Assembly (NCBI RefSeq): GCF_001194135.2
Contig: NC_068982.1
Location: 155,525,442-155,589,441 of the forward strand
Source: Octopus bimaculoides
Lineage: Eukaryota
Length of the DNA stretch: 64,000 bases
Direction of reading: 5' to 3'
The position numbers were made by a program, and so were the translations under genes. Each line of letters starts with the position of its first letter. Within the stretch, counting starts at the first letter, position 1. Shown piece by piece: positions 25,080 to 64,000 of this stretch. Below the pieces are notes generated by a model, which worked only from the letters and a program-made list of their open reading frames with translations, ran no database searches and was not told where the DNA came from.

Positions 25080-25320
25080 CTATAGTACATTCACACAGTT
25101 TGCATTTCCAGTCTGGAACCTCCATCCCAAGTATTGATCAACTGGAAGTAGTCCATTGACATGTAACCAGATGAACTCCCTCTATCACCATGTCTTGAAT
25201 GTCTTGCTTCTCTGGTCCAGCAGCTGGCTTGTTAGAAGCCTAGAAGATTATCCACGATCTTTCCAAAAACAACTTTGGCTAGCTTTTTGAATTCAATACC
25301 TCTGTCACCTGTAAGACATG
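25080..25320 (+). mobile_element. CR1-type LINE ORF2 3' fragment, heavily decayed
   Basis: Remnant reading QFAFPVWN..P..IDQLEVV.. similar to the better-preserved fragment at 32100-32470. Confidence 0.5.
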
Positions 25321-25324
25321 CACT

Positions 25325-25630
25325 TCATCGTCGTTTAACATCCACTTTCCATGCTAGCATGGGTTGGACGATTTGACTGAGGACTGGTGGACCAGGAGGC
25401 GACACCAGGCTCCAATCTGATTTGGCAGAGTTTCTACAGCTGGATGCCCTTCCTAACGCCAACCACTCTGAGAGTGTAGTGGGTGTTTTATGTGCCACCG
25501 GCATGGGGTCAGTCAGGCGGTACTGGCAACAGCCACGCTCGAAATGGTGTATTTTAAGTGCCACCTGCACAGGAGCCAGTCCATCAGCACTGGCAACGAT
25601 CTCACTCGAATGTCTTTACACGTGCCCCTG
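25325..25630 (-). mobile_element. RTE-type LINE 3' end with (GAT)n tail
   Basis: CATCGTCGTTTAACATCC...CTGGATGCCCTTCCTAACGCCAACCACTC core, shared with copies at 28231, 30321, 38839 and 51892. Confidence 0.85.
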
Positions 25631-26369
25631 GCGCAAGTGCCAGGCAGGTACTTATAAAATGAAAAAGCACTACAACACCTATGACTCAGAAACATTCACG
25701 TTCAGAATTGATGAAGCATGAGATAAATGACCCTTGCCAATTGTTAACTGTTGGAACATTCTATCTTTCAAAAATTCAATAACACTACCTCTGATGTACA
25801 CATGCATCCTTTCCTCTTTATGACACTTTTAATGTCCACTTTTCAGTCTTTTTGCATTTTATCTTTTGTACTTCTAGCTTTCTTTACTCGACATATTGCT
25901 AATTTCTGTCCCCTTCTTTTACCCCTTTTTCAACAAGTTGTAGTGCACCTGAGTACTGTATACAATAAGCTCATGTTTTAAAACCATTGAATAGTAGCAA
26001 TCCACCACCAGCAGCATAATTATGGTATGTGTGCATGTATATGTTTGCAGGGTGTTTAGGCTAGATTTGACAGTTTGCATAAAAGGAAAATAAAACACAA
26101 TATCTCAGCCTTAAGACAGCTCCAGGAGCTGGCACATGCATTCCTCACAGTGTCCCAGGGGAGATATTTGAACACTTCCTTGGTCTTGGCCCCAGCTCTG
26201 CCTTGGTGTTTCAAGCAGAGTGGTTGGTATCTTTCTCAACTGCACCTTACATATAGTAATCAAAGGGATTAAAATTGGGAGAGTTAGGAAGCCAGAAATT
26301 AGGTGAAGTCATAGTAATTCTCCAACAGCCACTTAAGACTCTCTGCAGAGTGTGGCAAGGAGCCAGATC

Positions 26370-27512
26370 CTGTCTTGAGGAATAATTCATGAGCGTTTTT
26401 TTTTTTTTTTTTTTCAAATTCAAAAATGCATGCAGAAATAAAACGCATTGCCAAACTGTTTTGTGTTATTTGAAAGAGAATTTTTTGCTCTACAAGATAG
26501 TGTGTTTTGATTTTTGTGTATTTTCACATCGTTAAAATGGAATGTCAAGTGGACAAAACTGAACATTTTTGACACCTTTTGCTTTTTGAATTTAATCAAG
26601 GTGTTAAACCTGCTGAAGCTACTCATGAGATTTGTGCTATGTATGGAGAAGGAGCAATGCCTCAAAGTACTGCCCACCATTGGTTTTCATGCTTCAAAAA
26701 TGGGAATTTTGACCTCAAGGACGGGTAACACACCAGTTGACCAATTGAGTTTGATGAACCTTGCCCATCGAGTGAAGGTGGTTCACCAGTTTAAAAAAAA
26801 AATTTTTTTTATCGCAATCCATCTACTTCGCCAACCCTTTGGTCATTTAATTCTTTATGGCCCACAAGGGGCTAAACATAGAGTGGACAGACAAAGGGAC
26901 TAAGTCGATTACATCGACTCCAGTGTGCAACTGGTACTTAATCGACCCCGAAAGGATGAAAGGCAAAGTCGACCTCGGCGGAATTTGAACTCAGAACGTA
27001 GCGGCAGACGAAACACTGCTAAGAATTTCGCCTAGCGTGCTAACGATTCTGCCAGCTCGCCGCCTAACCCTTTGGTCATTTGACGGGGATTTTCGGGAAG
27101 AAGTTGATTCAATCGCTCTTCATAGAACTCAGTTGATCGGCTGGTGTGTGATCCATCCTTGAGGTTAATATTCTCATTTTGAAGCGTGAAAACTAACAGC
27201 AGGCGATATGTTGAAGCATTGCTCCTTTTCCATACACAGCACAACTCTCACGAGCAGCTTTGGCGGGCTTAACACCCCGATTAAATACAAAAAGTAAATG
27301 GTGTCGAAAATGCTCAGTTTTGTCCGCTTGACATTCCATTTTAATGATCTGGAAATACACAAAAACCAATAAAATTTTTAAATCAAAGCACACTATCTTG
27401 TAGAGCAAAAAATTCTCTTTCAAATAATATAAAACATTTTACCAATGCGTTTTATTTCTGCATACATTTTTTAAATTTGAAAAAACTCGCTCGTGAATTA
27501 TTCCACAACTGA
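26370..27512. mobile_element. Fold-back mariner derivative: two transposase 5' ends in inverted orientation
   Basis: + copy from ATG 26537: MECQVDKTEHF*HLLLFEFNQGVKPAEATHEICAMYGEGAMPQSTAHHWFSCFKNGNFDLKDG. - copy: MECQADKTEHFRHHLLFVFNRGVKPAKAARESCAVYGKGAM... Both are preceded by the same TIR/5'UTR (GGAATAATTCA(T/C)GAGCG); the right end is followed by TA (27513-14). Confidence 0.85.
26849..27065 (-). mobile_element. tRNA-derived SINE family C inserted into the mariner fold-back
   Basis: B-box GAGTTCAAATTCC on the - strand. Perfect 16-bp target-site duplication AACCCTTTGGTCATTT at 26833-26848 and 27066-27081. Confidence 0.9.
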
Positions 27513-28230
27513 ATAAATTGGTTGTATAAGGGAGGTAAATCAGTACATACACAAGTGCATATACGTGTGTGTGTGTGTGTAGCGTGAAAGTTTAGTGGTA
27601 AAAATGGGAGAAATAGAACTTGATATGTAAAGTATGGTATATATATTTATGTAGCTCTGAAAAATATTAAAGATGTGTGCTTGTCTTATGCTAATGTTAG
27701 TATATTCATATTCGCATAGAATATATTGTCTACATACCCTTGTATAAAAGTATGACTTTTTTTTTTAATTATTAGAATTCTTCCTAGAAAGAAAGATCTG
27801 GTTTCTAACAAAGAAACAAAGCTCCATCACTGGGATATGGATAACTACAGTAATGTTACATGTTGAGCTACAGAAAAAGTCTTGCATATTTTTACTGTTT
27901 CACTTAGAGATGTTATCTGTAAAGTGTCTGTCAGCCAGTCTCTCCTTGCCTGCAATTCCTAGCTTTTCCATAGAGTTAGACATTTACTAAAATAATCAAA
28001 TGCACCAATAATTATTGGTATGTTATTCTATAATTAAAGATAAATGAGCAGCAAGCTGTGAAGCAGTTGTTCATAAATATTCTCCATTTTGTAAATTTTG
28101 GAAGAGATGTACACATCTGCATGGTAGCTTACTTCAATGGCCATACATGATTTTTCTTTACTGTTGTAAATAATGGAATCAGACTTCAGTGTTTGTACCA
28201 ATATTCCTTGTGTATAAACAGCAGAGGTGT

Positions 28231-28460
28231 TCATCATTATCATCATCATCATCGTTTAACGTCCGCCCTCCATGCTAGCATGGGTTGGATGATTTGACTG
28301 AGGACTGGCAAGCCAGAAGGCTGCACCAGGCTCCAATCTGATCTGGCAGAGTTTCTACAGCTGGATGCCCTTCCTAACGCCAACCACTCTGAGAGTGTAG
28401 TGGGTGCTTTTACGTGCCACCGGCATGAGGGCCAGTCACACGGTACTGGCAATGGCCACG
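28231..28460 (-). mobile_element. RTE-type LINE 3' end
   Basis: (CAT)n CGTTTAACGTCCG... family core. Confidence 0.85.
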
Positions 28461-30320
28461 CTTGGTGCTAGAAGGTAGTTATTTATATTTATCTCAGAGC
28501 AACTTTTTTCTGTGGATAGCACTGTATGTTTTAGTAACAATATCATGTTGCAGCAGGAGGTGGTATCTCAAAGACATTTTTCAGTAACTACTGGTTACAT
28601 GTGTTATGTCCTCCACAAAAAACTTATATAACTGACATTTGTGGTTGCATCTTGGACGTTTAAAGGCTTTACTCTCCTATTTGTTCATAAGATATTTCAT
28701 AGCTCTGTCTCTCCTGCTCTTAATTTGTATGTATGTATGTAGGTACCTTTCTTATTTCTTTATTGTCCACAAGGGGCTAAACATAAAGGGGACAAACAAG
28801 GACAGACAAACGGATTAAGTCGATTATATCGACCCCAGTGCATAACTGATACTTATTTAATTGACCCAGAGATAATGATTTCAGCATTTTAGTTTCAATT
28901 CTCCATGCATAGATATGTATTGCATTTTTTTCTTACCAGAAACCTTAAGTTTCCACCTACTTTTGTCTTTTTTTTTAATCAGGATACAATGCCAATAGGA
29001 TGCTTATATTGTGCAACCATTGAACGTGACGCCTGTAGGTTATGTCGTTCAACAACTGCCCTTTGCTGAACAGCTGGTCAGGCAACCATATATAGATGAT
29101 ATACATCAGCTTGAGGACGATTATATCAGCTGGTACTAGTTTGTCAACCCTAGAATGATAAAAGCCAAAGTTGACCTTGACGGTATTTGAACTCAAAACA
29201 TAAAGCACTGTAATTAAATACCATATGAGGGAGGAGGCTCTATGAAAACGTATGACCTGCCAGATTTTTCCAAATCACACTATTGTCTTAAAGGAAGAAC
29301 ACATTGTATCGTATGACCCTAGATACACTGCATCTGAGAAATAAAGGAAGATGGGTGGTCGTGGCTAGAATGTCTTTTGATCTGAGCTGCCATCTTGCCT
29401 GACATTGCACTATGTTTTGGTATTATTTCAAAAGATAGTATAGTACTTTATTATTCCAGCTAAAACTAGATCTCAACTGAATAAATGTACCATGTTATAT
29501 TCAATTCTTACATTCCAGAATTACAACCCTTTGCCTAAGTTGTCATGACAAACATCAACCTACTGTGTTTACTTTCTTTCACTCATACAATTATTTGCCC
29601 AACTGTTTCAATATAAGTAGGAAATGTTTCATTCCACTGATGTAATACTACATTACAATTTTTATGGTCTTCCTTCTCAATGAAGGTCTAGACTTTCAGA
29701 AAGATTTTCTATAGAAATTAAGACAAAAACATGAAATTCTATTTAAAAATATAAGAAAGGTAGTGATGTTGTGATTCTGTAATTACAATGGGAGCTTAAC
29801 TAATTATTGCTATAATGACTGTATAATTAGTTGCAGTTGTTATTAATTACTGCTACAAGTGATTTCGTGATTACAGTGGCAATTGTGACTAATTAGCTCT
29901 ATAAATGAGTTTATAGTTACAGAGGCAACTGAGACTAATTACCGCTATGACTAGTGGCAGTTGTGACTAATTACTACTATGACTAATTACAGTGGCAATT
30001 GTGGCTAATTAAGATGTGACTGCATAATTAAAGTAGAACTAACTAATATGTGTAACTACTACTATACTTGTAGCAAGATTTGTTGAACACCTAACAAATA
30101 GTGAAACAATAGAACCCAACGAAACAAGTAATAGTTTATACTGACTTACAGAGACAAGGTATTTTGTTGTGCAACCATAATATATTATAAAGTATATCAA
30201 AATGATTTTTGTAAGTGATTGCCGTGTTCAAATGTGTTAGCAGTGCTCTTTACATCACTTGTTAAGGCTATCGCTACAGATACTCTATAGAAATTATAGC
30301 CAGCACTGATTTTCATTATG

Positions 30321-31114
30321 ATCATCATCATCATCGTTTAACGTCCGCTTTCCATGCTAGCATGCTAGCATGGGTTGGACGATTTGACTGAGGACTGGTG
30401 AAACCGGATGGCAACACCAGGCTCCAATCTAATTTGGCAGAGTTTCTACAGCTGGATGCCCTTCCTAACGCCAACCACTCAGAGTGTAGTGGGTGCTTTT
30501 ACGTGTCACCCGCACGAAAACGGCCACACTCGAAATGGTGTCTTTTATGTGCCACCCGCACAAGCCAGTCCAGGGGCACTGGCAACGATCTCACTCGAAA
30601 ATCCTACGGGAGCCAGTCAGGCGGTACTGGCAACGGCCACGCTCATGATGTTTTTGATAACTGGCACCTGTGCCAGCGGAGCACTAACAGCACTGTCCGC
30701 GTGTATTCATTGCCAGAGCAGCTGTCTGGCTTCCGTCCTAGTGGCCTGTAAATAGCACCATTTGAGCGTGATTGTTACCTGCGTTGCCTTCTGGCACTTG
30801 TGCTGATGGCACAATAGAAAATCATTCGAGCAAGGTCGTTGCCAGTGCCGCTGGACTGGCTCCCGTGCAGGTGGCACATAAAATACACCATTTTGAGCGT
30901 GGCCGTTGCCAGTACCGTGCGGCTGGCCCTCGTGCCGGTGGCACATAAAAGCACCTACTACACTCTCGGAGTGGTTGGCATTAGGAAAGGCATCCAGCTG
31001 TAGAAACTCTGCAAGATCAGATTGGAGCCTGGTGCAGCTTTCTGACTTGCCAGTCCTCAGTCAAACCGTCCAACCCATGCCAGCATGGAAAGTGAACGTT
31101 AAACGATGATGATG
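30321..31114. mobile_element. Two RTE-type 3' ends in inverted orientation, tails pointing outward
   Basis: Left copy (-) starts (CAT)n CGTTTAACGTCC at 30321; right copy (+) ends GAACGTTAAACGATGATGATG at 31114. Confidence 0.85.
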
Positions 31115-31544
31115 CTTTGTATCCGAGACACCAGATGTAAACAAAGAGATTGAAACGAAAAATGGGTGTATATGCCATATGTCAGGAGTTTTTTTTGCTT
31201 CTTCTTCGGCACCCAACTAATCCATTAATCAGTGTTGGCTATAATTTCTATAGAATATCTGTAGAGATAACCTTAACAAGTGAAGTAATAGTTTATGTCA
31301 GCAAATTGTAATATAACTAATTGAAACAGTAGAATATGTTTTTGTAACACAAGAGAAGGCTTCAAGCAGAAATGTTCATTGTAGAAAGATCAAAGTATTA
31401 GACATCTTCCTTTTGTCATAAAATATGTTCTATGGTTTGAACTGTATATTACCTGAAAACATAACTCTGTTTTTCTTTTTTATAATAATGAAATTATTGT
31501 ATATAGTGCTCAGGTGCATTACAACTCAAAGGTACATGTACATA

Positions 31545-31707
31545 GGCGCAGGAGTGGCTGTGTGGTAAGTAGCTTGCTTACCAACCACATGGTTCCGGGT
31601 TCATTCCTACTGCGTGGCACCTTGGGCAAGTGTCTACTATAGCCTCAGGCCGACCAAAGCCTTGAGTGGATTTGGTAGACGGAAACTGAAAGCCCGTCGT
31701 ATATATG

Positions 31708-31750
<43 letters not shown>

Positions 31751-31950
31751 GCGTGTATATGTTTGTGTCTGTGTTTGCCCCCCCAGCATCACTTGACAAC
31801 CGATGCTGGTGTGTTTACGTCCCCGTAACTTAGCGGTTCGGCAAAAGAGACTAAGTCCTGGGGTCGATTTGCTCGACTAAAGGCGGTGCTCCAGCATGGC
31901 CACAGTCAAATGACTGAAACAAGTAAAAGAGTAAAAAGAGTAAAGAGTAT
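31545..31950 (+). mobile_element. tRNA-derived SINE family B (CORE-like), near full length with internal (TA)n
   Basis: GGCGCAGGAGTGGCTGTGTGGTAAG (A box), GGTTCATTCC (B box), GCACCTTGGGCAAGTGTC (CORE-like motif), (TA)n, and a (GAGTAAAA)n-like tail. Confidence 0.9.
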
Positions 31951-31959
31951 AGTACATAG

Positions 31960-32470
31960 AATTATGTACAAAAGTCAGGAAAGTGAACAAACAGTGTATG
32001 AATTGTAATATACATGTGTGCATGCATATGGTGAGGGAAGGGGTATCAGGTGTAGTGTTGGCGAATCTCAGGAAGCATGGCGGTTTTAAAGGATGCAATG
32101 TCTCAGCAACTAATAACCGATGCAGGTAGTTTGTTCCATACTTCAGTAACTCTTAGCATGAAAAAATGTTTCCGAAAGTCATGGGAGCTGTACTGTTTTC
32201 TGACTTTGTAAGCATGCCCACGTGTTAGACACATGGAACTCAAAAAGGTGCTCAAAGTGGTTGTTGGCACAATGTCTAATAATTTTGTGGTTTTCAAAGT
32301 CAGTTGCCAGACGTCGGAGTTTCAATGTATCTATGCCCAGGGAAGCAAGGTGTTTAGAGTATGGTAGATGCCTGATGGAGGGTATTCGCTTGGTTGCACG
32401 TCTCTGAACAGTTTCCAGGAGGTCAAAGTCCTGAACCAGATAGGGGTTCCAGACTGGTGATGCAAATTTC
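31960..32470 (-). mobile_element. CR1-type LINE 3' fragment (ORF2 C-terminus and 3'UTR)
   Basis: - strand reads FASPVWNPYLVQDFDLLETVQRRATKRIPSIRHLPYSKHLASLGIDTLKLRRLATD... then TRGHAYKVRKQYSSHDFRKHFFMLRVTEVWNKLPASV, canonical CR1 C-terminal motifs. Confidence 0.85.
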
Positions 32471-32989
32471 TGTTATTATGTAGAAAAATGACTGTTGCAA
32501 CAATATTTCATATTGAGTTCAAATCATGCCTAAGTCCATTTTCCCATTCATCATTCCACAGTTGATTAAATAAATAATAGGGGTCAATGTCATCAGCTCT
32601 ATCATTGAAGGGAGATGCCCCATCATGGCCACAGTACAATGACTGACGCCAGAAAAATAATAAAAGCAAAATTCATGAAGTGAAAGATTATATGATTATT
32701 GTTAAATTGCAAGTCATCCCTGGTTGAGCAGACCCACCATTAAAGACATTCAAGCGGTGACCATCCTATGCATCATCCATCCTTTTAAAGCAGTAGGGTG
32801 TAGATGTGATTGCTATTTCTAGCAGGCTGAGTGGTAACATAGAAACTCCCATGTGAAATGGTGAATGTGAGGTGGTAAACAGCATAAATGAAATGAAATG
32901 GCTACAACCAGGAATGAAAAAGAGACTCACATTACAGAATTAACATTGAAAAGAGATGAAACAAAATTAACATTGAAACAAGGTTTAGA

Positions 32990-33294
32990 TTTATTGCTGC
33001 TAAAACTTTCAATATTTTTATAAAACATTCCTATTATATAATAAATTAATAATATAACTTCAGTTTCATTACTGCATAACACTTTCCTTTCAAAATACTT
33101 CAATTTAGATTAGCTGTCTCTGTTATAAATGAAACAAATTTCTTTGGGCTAAATTTTAGGTTATATAGAAAAGGAGAAAGAGAAACAAACCAAAAATTGA
33201 AAAAAATACAAATTAAGAATTGGGATGTTTTATTCCAAAATAGAGTAGAACAAAACAGTATGAAATGAAATAACTTTTTTTTTCTTCTTTTATT
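32990..33294 (-). terminator. Candidate RPN1 polyadenylation signals
   Basis: AATAAA on the - strand at 33294-33289, 33234-33229 and 32995-32990, downstream of the stop at 33358. Confidence 0.4.
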
Positions 33295-33357
33295 GTCCAG
33301 ACAAACAAAAGATGTTTATGAATTGATAAATGATTTCACTCTAGATGGCAATGTTTA

Positions 33358-63586
<30,229 letters not shown>

Positions 63587-64000
63587 ATTGAAATGGTTGA
63601 TTGTAGAGTTTTTAAAGAGAGAGAGTGTGTGAGAAAGAAACAGATATTTCCCCGAAACACAAATATAAAGACTGCTCAGTCGATACTATTACTATTATTG
63701 GCAACTACTGTAGTTGTTTCAATGAGACAGTAGTGATGGTCACTAACTACGACGAGAGTAGAAAAGACAGAGGGAGGTAACAGCGGCGACAATATATCCA
63801 ATGTCGACGACTTCTCTCTCCAAATGGACGACGTGTCTCGTTCAGAATGACAGCCTCGCTTTCGATCTGACCAACCTGTTTTATTAACCTTCTCTAGAGA
63901 AGGTTTCCACTCCTCTTACAAAGGTGGTAACTAGTTGTTGTTAGGTACGCCGCATGGCGGACAGTCACAGTTTTAGTACTAATATTTATCCCTGCTTAAA

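Overview
AT-rich eukaryotic (animal) genomic DNA from a gapped draft assembly. The repeat landscape (tRNA-derived SINEs, RTE 3' ends with (GAT)n tails, CR1 remnants) suggests an octopus or other coleoid cephalopod; this is an inference. Two convergent protein-coding genes are visible. (1) On the + strand, a giant terminal exon of about 14 kb (3216-17201, at least about 4,340 sequenced codons) encodes an S/T/P/K-rich low-complexity region with 33-nt (11-aa) tandem repeats. It ends in a nuclear-looking module (AT-hook, 10-Cys cluster, basic NLS-like motifs); the upstream exons were not identified. (2) On the - strand, a complete 10-exon RPN1 gene (ribophorin I, oligosaccharyltransferase subunit 1) runs 63586 to 33358 and encodes 600 aa; all splice sites were resolved by hand. 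Introns and the intergenic spacer are dense with TE relics: Chapaev3-like, piggyBac derivative and MITEs, Tc1, DD37D mariner, an inverted mariner fold-back, CR1 and RTE LINE fragments, and at least three SINE families. The most interesting observations are the giant-exon protein, a piggyBac with exon-trap-like architecture in frame with RPN1 exon 8, tight inverted RTE pairs that could form long dsRNA, and a perfect 67-bp palindrome. No prokaryote-type novel system (CRISPR, defence, operon) is supported.
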